Source: Deltaproteobacteria bacterium (GTDB lineage: Bacteria; Desulfobacterota; BSN033; UBA1163). From it: a stretch of DNA of 64,000 bases. The notes under the pieces were generated by a model. The model was given only the letters and a program-made list of their open reading frames with translations, ran no database searches and was not told the origin of the DNA. The stretch lies in the NCBI GenBank assembly GCA_018333535.1, contig JAGXTA010000071.1, positions 99,100-163,099 of the forward strand. The letters run 5' to 3'. Shown piece after piece: positions 19,113-28,022 of the stretch; position 1 is the stretch's first letter, and each line of letters begins with the position of its first letter. Position numbers and translations under genes: made by a program.

Positions 19113-20183
19113 TTATCCCAGCCTCTTTTGGTAATACTGACTGGAGATGACCCGTGCAATTTCAAGAGGGGTGAGGATCACTCCTCCCGGCCTGCCATAG
19201 AAATGGACTTCTGCGTTTCCCTCGATGCCAAGTTTCACATCCTCCACCATCTGGCCCATATTCATCTCAAAGACAAAAAAATGTTTCACCTTTTTTGAAA
19301 AATCCTTGATCGCTTTAAAGGGAAAGGGCCAAAGAGTGATGGGCCGTAGAAGTCCGACCTTGACCCCTTCTTCTCGCAACCGTTTGATCGCCCCCTTGGC
19401 AATCCTTGCGGCAATGCCAAAAGCGATGACCATCATTTTTGCGTCGTCAGCAAAGTAGGTCTCCCATTTCACTTCTTCCCGGATGATCTTTTCATATTTC
19501 CTCATCAATTTCCAATTATGCTCTTCCTCTTTGATCGGGTCCAAAATGAGGGAACGGATGAACCGGCTTGGCCTTCCCTTGGCGCCAGTAAGCGCCCAGT
19601 CCTTAGCAGGCAATTTCTTCAAAGGAATTTCCTGTGGCAGTTCAACCGGCTCCATCATCTGGCCGAGCATGCCATCTCCCAGGATGAGGACAGGGGTGCG
19701 GTATTTATCTGCAAGATTAAACCCTTCATAAGTGAGGTCTGCCAGCTCCTGACAGGAGTTGGGGCCGAAGACGATGGTGCGGTAATCGCCATGCCCCCCT
19801 CCACGGGTGGCCTGAAAATAGTCGGACTGTGACGGAGCAATATTGCCGAGGCCCGGTCCTCCTCTCGACATATTGACAATCACAGCAGGCAATTCCAGAG
19901 CGCAAAGAAAGGAGATCCCTTCCTGTTTCAGGCTGATGCCCGGTCCCGAAGAAGAGGTCATCACCCTTCCCCCGGCCATGCTGGCTCCGATGACCATGTG
20001 GATCGATGCGATCTCGCTTTCGGCCTGAATAAAAACCCCTCCTTCCGCTTCCGGAAGTTTTTCCGACATATATTCGGGGATCTCATTCTGGGGCGTGATG
20101 GGATATCCGAAATAATAGCGGCACCCGGCACGAATAGCCGCCTCTCCCACCACATGATTTCCACGCATCAATACTTTAGGCAC
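19113..20183 (-). CDS. 2-oxoacid:ferredoxin oxidoreductase alpha subunit (ketoisovalerate/VOR-type)
   Basis: GYPITPQNE, QAESE, SSSGPG, RGGPGLG, GGGHGDY; probable GTG start at 20183. Confidence 0.9.
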   Translation of the reverse strand: MPKVLMRGNHVVGEAAIRAGCRYYFGYPITPQNEIPEYMSEKLPEAEGGVFIQAESEIASIHMVIGASMAGGRVMTSSSGPGISLKQEGISFLCALELPAVIVNMSRGGPGLGNIAPSQSDYFQATRGGGHGDYRTIVFGPNSCQELADLTYEGFNLADKYRTPVLILGDGMLGQMMEPVELPQEIPLKKLPAKDWALTGAKGRPSRFIRSLILDPIKEEEHNWKLMRKYEKIIREEVKWETYFADDAKMMVIAFGIAARIAKGAIKRLREEGVKVGLLRPITLWPFPFKAIKDFSKKVKHFFVFEMNMGQMVEDVKLGIEGNAEVHFYGRPGGVILTPLEIARVISSQYYQKRLG

Positions 20184-20406
20184 GGTGCACCTCGATGGCG
20201 ATTTCAGGGCACATGATAGCGCAAAGAGCGCATCCTGTGCATTTTCTGCCTTCTTTCTTGTGCTGGCTTTCCGCAAAAATGACGGGGGTATATCCCTTCT
20301 GGTTCAACCGATTGAAAGGTTCAATTAAATGATGAGGGCAGACAGAGATGCATAACCTGCAGTCTTTGCACAATTCAGAGTCAATTTCGATCATTCCTGA
20401 CGGCAA
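20176..20406 (-). CDS. 2-oxoacid:ferredoxin oxidoreductase delta subunit (2x[4Fe-4S])
   Basis: CKDCRLCISVCP and CTGCALCAIMCP. Confidence 0.88.
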   Translation of the reverse strand: MPSGMIEIDSELCKDCRLCISVCPHHLIEPFNRLNQKGYTPVIFAESQHKKEGRKCTGCALCAIMCPEIAIEVHRA

Positions 20407-20423
20407 ACTTTCCTCCTGATCGT

Positions 20424-20495
20424 AAGGAATCCAGGAACCCAGGAAAATTTATAAATTCTCTAATTAAATGATTTCCTGTCTTCATGGCTTCCTAA
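20424..20495. repeat. Repeat family B, diverged copy
   Basis: AAGGAATCCAGGAACCCAGGAAA...TTTCCTGTCTTCATGGCTTCCTAAT. Confidence 0.65.
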
Positions 20496-20586
20496 TGATC
20501 TAAGTGAAGTTGAAATTTCTTGACCTATAAGATTAAATATTATAAAATCTAAAACCTATAAAATCAAACTCTTCCGGAGATAAAAG

Positions 20587-21546
20587 ATGGATTCATCGTT
20601 AAGCCGGCTCGATCAGGAGCCGAAAAGGCTGATTATGATCGGAGGGAAAGGCGGCGTAGGCAAGTCAACCTGCGCCTCATCGATTGCCCTCCACTTCTCG
20701 CTTCAGGGCAAGAAAACGCTGATTATTTCAAGCGATCCCACCCCTTCTCTTTCCGACATCTTTGAAACAGAGATCGGCGATCAGGAGACGCCCATTAAGG
20801 GAGCCAAAGACCTTTATGGCATTGAGATTAGCTCCGATGTCGTTTTAAAAAAATGGAAAGAGCGGTTTGGCCCTGAAATCTATGAGGTGGTTTCCTCCTT
20901 TGCCTCAATCGATTACGACTTTGTAGAGTATATCGGGGGAGCGCCCGGCATCGAAGAAGAGTATATGCTCAATTATATTCTCGAACTGGTTGAGAGTGAA
21001 CAGTATGATCTGGTAGTCTGGGATACGGCTCCGGCTGGACATACGTTGAAGCTGTTGCATCTTCCGCAGATCTTCCTAAGGCATCTTGAAGCTGCAACGA
21101 AATTCTATATGAATTTATATAGTTACTTTGAAAAGTTTAAGGAAAGTGTGAAGTTAAAAAAGGGGAAAAAGACCTTGCTGGAGATCATCAGTGGATGGGA
21201 GAATCTGGCTGAGAAAGTGGTCAGTTTCATTCGGGATACCCAGAAGACAGACTTTATCATCGTCACCATTCCAGAGGCGCTGGGCGTCAGGCAGACCGAG
21301 AGGATCATTCGGGACTTTGACGAATACCAGCTCAGGGTGAATCATTTGATTATTAATTATGTGATTCAGGAAGCCGATTGTGAATTCCATAAGGCGAGAA
21401 AGGAGATGCAGCAAAATTACATCAAGATCCTGAAGGATCAATATGGTTCGCGGATTCGGTTGATTGAGCTTCCCCTCCTTCCCCATGAGGTTAAAGGGGT
21501 GGAAAGAATTGGTAAGATATCGGAGATTCTGTTTAAGCAGGAATAA
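20587..21546 (+). CDS. Single-domain ArsA/Get3-family ATPase
   Basis: GGKGGVGKST, SSDPTPSLSD, DTAPAGHT, PGIEE. Confidence 0.88.
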   Translation: MDSSLSRLDQEPKRLIMIGGKGGVGKSTCASSIALHFSLQGKKTLIISSDPTPSLSDIFETEIGDQETPIKGAKDLYGIEISSDVVLKKWKERFGPEIYEVVSSFASIDYDFVEYIGGAPGIEEEYMLNYILELVESEQYDLVVWDTAPAGHTLKLLHLPQIFLRHLEAATKFYMNLYSYFEKFKESVKLKKGKKTLLEIISGWENLAEKVVSFIRDTQKTDFIIVTIPEALGVRQTERIIRDFDEYQLRVNHLIINYVIQEADCEFHKARKEMQQNYIKILKDQYGSRIRLIELPLLPHEVKGVERIGKISEILFKQE

Positions 21547-21696
21547 TGGAATGGTGGAACAGGGGAATAATGGGTTGAACACTTTGAGGTTAAGGTTTAG
21601 GTTAAGGTCGAGATTTGCCTAACCTTATCCTTAGCCTTAGCCTTCTATTTTTCCAATATTCTATTATTCCGACATTCCGGTTAAAAGGAGAAAACC

Positions 21697-22893
21697 ATGT
21701 CCGTACTATCGAATCGAGCAAGAAGTTTAAAACCATCTCCTACCCTTGCCATCAATGCTAAGGCAAAGGCGATGCAGGCCCAGGGCATCCAGGTCATCAG
21801 CTTTGGCGCTGGCGAACCAGACTTTGACACTCCTCAGAACATCAGGGCCGCAGCCATTAGGGCGATTGAAGAGGGTTTTACAAAATATACCCCTGTCGGC
21901 GGGACGGATGAGTTGAAAGATGCTGTTATCAAAAAATTTCAAAGAGACAACGGGCTAACCTACAAACGATCCGAAATCATTGCCTCCTGCGGCGGCAAGC
22001 ATTCCTTCTACAACCTGGCGCAGGCTATCTTTGATGCGGGGGATGAGGTGATCGTGCCCGCCCCTTACTGGGTCTCCTACCCTCCGATGGTCGCTCTGGC
22101 CGGAGCCACTCCTGTCATCGTTGAAACAAAGGAAGAGAATGGGTTCAAATTATCGATGGAGGACCTGAAAAAGGCGGTCACGCCAAAAACGAAAGCCTTG
22201 ATCATCAATAGTCCCTCCAATCCGACTGGAAGCGCTTATACGAAAGAAGACCTGGAACGGATTGCGGGGATGGCTCTTTCGCATCACTTTTTTGTCATCT
22301 CGGACGAAATTTATGAGAAGATCGTCTATGATGGCTTCAAGTTTATAAGCATGGCTTCTTTAAGTGAGGAAATCAGGAAGAGGACGATCATCGTTCACGG
22401 AGTGGCCAAGACCTATGCGATGACAGGATGGAGGATTGGTTATACGGCAGGGCCAGAAGAGATCATCTCTGCCATGAGCAATATTCAGAGCCAGAGCACC
22501 TCAAACCCCACCTCGATTGCCCAGAAGGCATCCGTAGAGGCGCTCGCAGGGTCCCAGGAAGAAGTTTTCAAAATGGTTTCGGCCTTTGAAGAGAGGCGTA
22601 ACTATATCATTGATCGCCTCAATAAGATGCCAGGAGTCTCCTGTTTTAAACCCATTGGCTCCTTCTATGTTTTCCCCAATTTCTCTTCTTATTACGGGAG
22701 ATCCTACCAGGGAAAGAAGATTTCCAACTCGACCGAGCTGGCTGATTACCTGCTCGATGTAGCCCGGGTAGCGGCTGTCCCCGGTGTTGAATTCGGAGCG
22801 GACCCCTTTGTGCGGCTATCTTATGCGACTTCTATGGAAGATATTAAGGAAGGGTTAAATCGGATCGAGGAAGCGCTCAAAAAGCTCTTTTAA
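21697..22893 (+). CDS. Class I PLP-dependent (aspartate-type) aminotransferase
   Basis: [29 protein letters not shown]. Confidence 0.9.
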   Translation: MSVLSNRARSLKPSPTLAINAKAKAMQAQGIQVISFGAGEPDFDTPQNIRAAAIRAIEEGFTKYTPVGGTDELKDAVIKKFQRDNGLTYKRSEIIASCGGKHSFYNLAQAIFDAGDEVIVPAPYWVSYPPMVALAGATPVIVETKEENGFKLSMEDLKKAVTPKTKALIINSPSNPTGSAYTKEDLERIAGMALSHHFFVISDEIYEKIVYDGFKFISMASLSEEIRKRTIIVHGVAKTYAMTGWRIGYTAGPEEIISAMSNIQSQSTSNPTSIAQKASVEALAGSQEEVFKMVSAFEERRNYIIDRLNKMPGVSCFKPIGSFYVFPNFSSYYGRSYQGKKISNSTELADYLLDVARVAAVPGVEFGADPFVRLSYATSMEDIKEGLNRIEEALKKLF

Positions 22894-23320
22894 AGTAGTC
22901 CTCGAGGATCGAGCGGTGGTCGAAGGCGATCTTCTCAGGAAGATTCAATTCATTAAAGATTCCGATTTCCAAGGCATCGTCCATGGCCTTAGGCTTGCCC
23001 TTAGCTTTTGCTATGTAAACCGTTGAAATGCTATGGTGTCTTGGGTCTCTCTTGGGATCCGAATACGTATGAAGTTGTTTCTCAAGTTTCACATCTAAGT
23101 TTGTCTCCTCTTTCGCCTCCCTGATAGCGGCCCCTTCCAGAGATTCTCCATAGTCTACGAACCCTCCTGGGAGGGCCCATCCCTCAGGAGGATTTTTTCT
23201 TTTGATGAGAACAATGCCTTTCGCTTCGATTTCAATGATGATATCGACCGTAGGCAAAGGGTTCTGGTAGAGTTCGATCTCATTCTTACAAACCGGGCAT
23301 GTAATGGTTCGGCGGGCCAT
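22877..23320 (-). CDS. NUDIX hydrolase
   Basis: Nudix box [27 protein letters not shown] motif. Confidence 0.88.
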   Translation of the reverse strand: MARRTITCPVCKNEIELYQNPLPTVDIIIEIEAKGIVLIKRKNPPEGWALPGGFVDYGESLEGAAIREAKEETNLDVKLEKQLHTYSDPKRDPRHHSISTVYIAKAKGKPKAMDDALEIGIFNELNLPEKIAFDHRSILEDYFKRAF

Positions 23321-23351
23321 AGACTCCAAGCTTTCGAGCAAAAAAAGTTTT

Positions 23352-23520
23352 TCGTTGTCGAATCTCGTATCGATGCTCGATTATAGAAACTCGATACTCG
23401 TCGAGCTTCGCTTACCGGGCCTCTTGCTTCGATACGAGCATCGTCACCGATAGCCCTTTTTCTCTTTCTAACCTCTACCTTCTGACAAACCACCAAACGG
23501 GCTTCGTAACCCTCACCGTC
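23352..23520. repeat. Repeat family A, copy 4
   Basis: GTTGTCGAATCTCGTATCGA...TCGATACGAGCATCGTCACCG...AAACGGGCTTC. Confidence 0.8.
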
Positions 23521-23522
23521 AC

Positions 23523-24755
23523 CTATTTGATCAGATATTTTCTCAGCATGTCGAGAGCGATGATGGATGCTCTTTCGCGCACCATCCAGAGCTCGCCGCC
23601 CAAAGAATATTGCTGTCTCTCTATTTCCTCATTTGTAGAAATGGAATAGAAGGTTTCTACAAGGTATTCCTCCCTGCCCTGCTCCTCAACGGTTTTCGCA
23701 ACCATGGCAAGCCCAAGGGTCGCCTCAAACTCACCCTTTGCCCTTAAGGCAAGTTGGTCGCAAAGTGTCTGGGGATCTTTTTGAAGGGAGAGAATCTCAT
23801 CTTCTGAAATCTTTAAAAAACCGGATTGGGACCTGTTGCTTGGAAGAATCAATCCCTGGATGAAGGAAGACCTTCCCGTGCTGGTTAGCTTATTGGAGAG
23901 GATGCCCCCCGTAAATGTTTCAATTACCGATAATGTGAGGTTGAGCCTTTCCATCTCCTTCATAACATTTCCATGAAGGGTCTCCTTATCCACACCGTAG
24001 ATCAGAGATCCGAGGCGTCCCCTGATCTCTCCTTCCATTTTCTCAATGAGCGATGTTGCCTCAACAGGACTATCTGCTTTTGCCGTAATGCGGATCTTGA
24101 TATCTCCGATGGAGGCAAGGGTTCCCACAGAAGGATTCTGGTTTTGCTTCATCAGGTCTTTGATCTGAAGACCGATAGCGCTCTCTCCGAGGCCGCAGGC
24201 ACGGAGGACCTTATATTGAATGATCTCGCCCTGCAATTTGAATCGTCTTCTCAAATACGGAATCACCGTGGTTTCCATCAAATATTCCATCTCCAAGGGG
24301 ACACCCGGGACGGAGATGATGGCTCCATTGGGATATTCTACGATAAATCCGGGAGCAGTCCCCTTCGGGTTTTCAACAGGGATTCCACCTTCCGGTATGA
24401 AAGCCTGTTTCCGGTTGTTTTCTGCCATCCGGAAGCCCCGCCTTTTGAATAAGGCTTCGATCTGTTCCATGAGATGGGGTTGGTATTGAAGGGGACGGTT
24501 AAAGACTTCCGCAACAGCCTCACGGGTCAGGTCATCCTCGGTCGGACCGATGCCTCCTGTCGTGATGACGATGTTCGATCTGGCGATGGCTTCTCTGAGG
24601 ACTTCCTTAATCCGCCGAAGATCATCTCCGACCGTTGCGGTCCGAATCAACTCCACGCCCGAGGCGGCCAATTTTTTCGCAATTGAAGAGGTGTTTGTAT
24701 CTAAGATTTGACCTAAGAGGAGTTCTGATCCGATGGAGACGATTTCAGCATTCAT
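23523..24755 (-). CDS. cinA: CinA-family protein (MocF-like domain plus degenerate PncC domain)
   Basis: IGSELLLG..DTN, VGD, TGGIGPTEDDLT, GTAPG, PGVP. Confidence 0.85.
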   Translation of the reverse strand: MNAEIVSIGSELLLGQILDTNTSSIAKKLAASGVELIRTATVGDDLRRIKEVLREAIARSNIVITTGGIGPTEDDLTREAVAEVFNRPLQYQPHLMEQIEALFKRRGFRMAENNRKQAFIPEGGIPVENPKGTAPGFIVEYPNGAIISVPGVPLEMEYLMETTVIPYLRRRFKLQGEIIQYKVLRACGLGESAIGLQIKDLMKQNQNPSVGTLASIGDIKIRITAKADSPVEATSLIEKMEGEIRGRLGSLIYGVDKETLHGNVMKEMERLNLTLSVIETFTGGILSNKLTSTGRSSFIQGLILPSNRSQSGFLKISEDEILSLQKDPQTLCDQLALRAKGEFEATLGLAMVAKTVEEQGREEYLVETFYSISTNEEIERQQYSLGGELWMVRERASIIALDMLRKYLIK

Positions 24756-24919
24756 AGATGTGGGTTATGATTAAGTCAAATGCCATCATAACACCATCGA
24801 ACGGACTTATCAAAAATTAATTTTTGCTGATAAATGGGAATTTAAAGGAGGCGTGATGGAAAGATAGAAGTGTGCAAAGTTTGCATAATATGACAATTTA
24901 TACGCCATTTTTTAAAAGG

Positions 24920-25267
24920 TTAAAACATCCCTAAAAAATCTTCAAGGAACTTCTTTCCTTTATGGTCAAGTTCGTCAAACTTAATACCTGCCTCATTTTC
25001 TTTCTGAGACGCCCAGATAACCTCTCCCTTTCCTTTCAGTCTAAAAAAATCTTCATACGTCTCAAAAAATATTTCTTTTCCTGAACGAAAAATATCCTTA
25101 GTTATTAAAGGGTTATCCGCCTTTAATTTAAATCCGCCACGGGATATATTCTGAACCCATCCAAGCATTATGGGTTCCATATCAGATGTTCGAATGGATA
25201 CCTTTGTTTCCAGATTGACTCTCGGATATTCCCGTCTCTCAGATTGGCCATCCTGGGCAATTTCCAT
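24920..25267 (-). CDS. PilZ-domain protein
   Basis: ERREYPR and NISRGG c-di-GMP-binding motifs. Confidence 0.85.
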   Translation of the reverse strand: MEIAQDGQSERREYPRVNLETKVSIRTSDMEPIMLGWVQNISRGGFKLKADNPLITKDIFRSGKEIFFETYEDFFRLKGKGEVIWASQKENEAGIKFDELDHKGKKFLEDFLGMF

Positions 25268-25324
25268 TTTTTATCCCTTCGTAAAAAAGAGGTTTTTTAA
25301 ATTTTAATTAATCGATATTTATTA

Positions 25325-25340
25325 AGCAATTAATATGCCA
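25325..25340 (-). promoter_or_regulatory. Sigma-54 promoter upstream of the PilZ gene
   Basis: Minus strand TGGCATATTAATTGCT. Confidence 0.75.
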
Positions 25341-25401
25341 AATAATTTCAGAGCTTTCAATAAAGACTACAAGAGAATTCGATAAAACCTTGAATCCAAA
25401 A

Positions 25402-25452
25402 AAGCGCCCCTGGCCCGACTCGAACGGGCGGCACACGGATTAGGAATCCGTT
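25402..25452. repeat. att site: duplicated 3' half of tRNA-Arg(CCT)
   Basis: AAGCGCCCCTGGCCCGACTCGAACGGGCGGCACACGGATTAGGAATCCGTT, identical to 34808-34858. Confidence 0.95.
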
Positions 25453-25722
25453 TTAGGCGCTTTCCTTTAAATTCCCACCGATTCCTTTTAATACATAATT
25501 TCCCTTGACATTCAATAATTTACCTGATACTATCTTTCCTATGAGTTCCTTTTGCTACCCTTTGCTTAATGACCGTTTTGGGGGACAGGTGGGGGACAAA
25601 ATTAAACGAATAATAATCCGTGTCCCAAAATTTCGTTTCAAAAAGCACATGGATAAATAATCCGTTCCCCATTTCCGGGGGACAGTGGGGGACAACCAAA
25701 TCTATATCAAAGGAGAAAGGCC

Positions 25723-26922
25723 ATGTCAAGACGGAAAGCGACGGAGTTTGAGGGCGTGAGATACCGGAGCCATCCGAGCCGGAAGCATGGGATCAAGAAT
25801 GATCAGTATTTCTCCATCCGTTACCGAGTGGACGGGAAGAGAGTCGAGGAGGGTTTGGGGTGGGCCAGCAAGGGGATGACGGCAAAGAAGGCAGCGCTTC
25901 AGCTTGCAGAGCTTCAAGAGGCGCACAGGAAGGGGACAGGTGAACCTGTAACCCTTCGAGAGAAACGGAAGATTGCCAGGGCAAAGAGAGGGAAGCAAGA
26001 GAAACAGGGGATCACATTCGGAGATTATTTCATCAATACTTTCATTCCACAGGCTGTCATTGAAAAACCGAGGGAAACGAAAGATAAAAAATCCCACTAT
26101 GAACACTGGATCAAGCCGGTAATGGGCGCCCTTCCCTTCCCGGAGATCGGCGTCCTTGAATTAGAGAGGGTCAAGACAAACATGTTGACCGCTGGTAAGG
26201 CTCCCCGAACGATTCAATATGTGTTTTCAACAATTCGGCGGGTATGGAATGATGCAAAATTGAAGGGGATCGTATCAGAGGAAAGTCCGACCCGGAAGAT
26301 CAAACTGGACCGCTTCGATAACAAGCGGGCCAGGTATTTCACCCATGATGAGGCGGAAAAATTCTTGACCGAACTGAAAAAGAGAAATGGTTCGTTATGG
26401 GATATGGCTCTCGTTTCTCTTCAATCGGGCCTTCGCTTCAGTGAAATTGCGAACCTGAGATACGGGGATATTGACCTAAAGAGAAATATCATTGGGATCC
26501 GGGACAGCAAGGGAGGTTTTTCAAGATATGCCCGAATGACCGAAGAGGTCAGGAATGTTTTTTCAAGAATGGAGCCCGGGGCCAGGGAAGCCCTCATTTT
26601 CCATGATGCCGATGGAATGAGGATCAAGAGGCCGTCGAAAATTTATATGAAGGTCATAGACGGCCTGGGATTCAATAACGGCGTAACAGACCGGCGACAA
26701 CGATTGACATATCACTCTTTGCGACATACATATGCAAGCTGGCTTGTAGATCGGGGAGTCGGGCTGTATGATGTTCAAAAACTTCTCGGTCATAAGAACA
26801 GCCAACTAACCGAGCGATACAGCCATTTATCAGATACCCGGCTGGACAATGACGTGAGGGAATTCGAAAAAGGAATCAAGCAGGCCCGGAGAGGTAAGGT
26901 CGTTGCAATAGGAAAGCGTTAA
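25723..26922 (+). CDS. Tyrosine integrase
   Basis: GLRFSEI, HSLRHT, LLGH...TERY catalytic motifs. Confidence 0.95.
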   Translation: MSRRKATEFEGVRYRSHPSRKHGIKNDQYFSIRYRVDGKRVEEGLGWASKGMTAKKAALQLAELQEAHRKGTGEPVTLREKRKIARAKRGKQEKQGITFGDYFINTFIPQAVIEKPRETKDKKSHYEHWIKPVMGALPFPEIGVLELERVKTNMLTAGKAPRTIQYVFSTIRRVWNDAKLKGIVSEESPTRKIKLDRFDNKRARYFTHDEAEKFLTELKKRNGSLWDMALVSLQSGLRFSEIANLRYGDIDLKRNIIGIRDSKGGFSRYARMTEEVRNVFSRMEPGAREALIFHDADGMRIKRPSKIYMKVIDGLGFNNGVTDRRQRLTYHSLRHTYASWLVDRGVGLYDVQKLLGHKNSQLTERYSHLSDTRLDNDVREFEKGIKQARRGKVVAIGKR

Positions 26923-26927
26923 ATTGA

Positions 26928-26987
26928 AAATGGGGAAATAGGCGGGCCAGCCGACAAGCCGGGAACCCTACCCGGTTTTTCCCCATT
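26928..26987 (+). ncRNA. Candidate structured RNA between the integrase and downstream genes
   Basis: Outer stem AATGGGGAAA/TTTCCCCATT enclosing hairpin CCGGG-AACCCTA-CCCGG. Confidence 0.35.
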
Positions 26988-27015
26988 CACTACAAGGGCA
27001 GCGAAGGGGGCTGAG

Positions 27016-27597
27016 ATGGAAAAGACAGGATGGTTGGAAAATTTCTTGGAGCCATTGGAGAGGAGAGCTAATGAAATTTTAAAGACTCAATCGAATATTA
27101 AAGAGGACTCCAATTTTAAAAAACTGAATAAGGGGAAAGGTGTCTCTCGGTGGCAAGCCAATCCAAAATATCAAAGTGCGAAAGATCTTTTAAAACAGAT
27201 ACAATCTTTTAAAGAACTTATTTTAAAAAATGGAACACCGAGGGACGTTATCTATAAATTAACATGGATACTCGGAATCGCCTATGATATGGGCTGGCCG
27301 GTCCCAAGCCAATATGTGATCGGGCGCTCTAAAGGCGGGAAAGCCCCAAAGAAAAAAAAGGGAATCCTTTTAGCGATTAAATGGGCAAGGGAAAAGAGCA
27401 AACAAAAGAGTGCGCGGGGTTTATGGAATTATTTTAAAAATAAAAACTTTGAAAAAGACGAGTATGAAGTCTATTTCTATCAAGATCCGACCGGCGCGGG
27501 TGAAGATCTTCTTTGCCAAAAAATCGACAGTATAGAGAAAGGGTCTATCAAATTCGAGGCATTTAAAAAATACGTTTACAATAAAAATAATGGGTAA
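27016..27597 (+). CDS. Hypothetical protein
   Basis: 193-aa ORF after the integrase, co-oriented. Confidence 0.65.
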   Translation: MEKTGWLENFLEPLERRANEILKTQSNIKEDSNFKKLNKGKGVSRWQANPKYQSAKDLLKQIQSFKELILKNGTPRDVIYKLTWILGIAYDMGWPVPSQYVIGRSKGGKAPKKKKGILLAIKWAREKSKQKSARGLWNYFKNKNFEKDEYEVYFYQDPTGAGEDLLCQKIDSIEKGSIKFEAFKKYVYNKNNG

Positions 27598-27670
27598 GTA
27601 AGCCGCTTTCTTACCTTTCCCGAATGTTATATTGACCTCCAGAGAATCAAATTTTCCTGGAGGTTTTTTT

Positions 27671-27901
27671 ATGAGGAAAACAGCAGTTGATCTTTCGGGC
27701 CTAAAGTCCAAATGGGGCTCTACCGTCGTCGCGCGGGAGGAAATTCGTAATTTTTCCGGGGGAGCGATTTCCGAGAAGTATGTTGCTAATCTGGATTCTC
27801 AGGGCCGGGGGCCTTCTGGGCGATTTCGATGCGGCCGCAAGATTTTATACCCGGTCGATGATTTGATCCGATGGCTCGAGGCTCGTTCGGAGGTTGCTTA
27901 G
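27671..27901 (+). CDS. AlpA/excisionase-like DNA-binding protein
   Basis: GGAGG RBS; ANLDSQGRGP...GRKILYPVDDLIRWL pattern typical of Xis/AlpA-like proteins. Confidence 0.7.
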   Translation: MRKTAVDLSGLKSKWGSTVVAREEIRNFSGGAISEKYVANLDSQGRGPSGRFRCGRKILYPVDDLIRWLEARSEVA

Positions 27902-28022
27902 ATGAGTCTCACGAATGACGATACGATAAAAGACTTCCAAATCGTGGACTTTCCCGAAGAACTAAAGGCGCAGGTTAGCGCTGTGATCCTTACAGCATTC
28001 TTCCGGGAGAAGGAGAACGGGC

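Noticed and set aside
20587..21546. Arsenic resistance operon
   Set aside because: Single-domain ArsA-like ATPase with no arsR/B/C/D neighbours.
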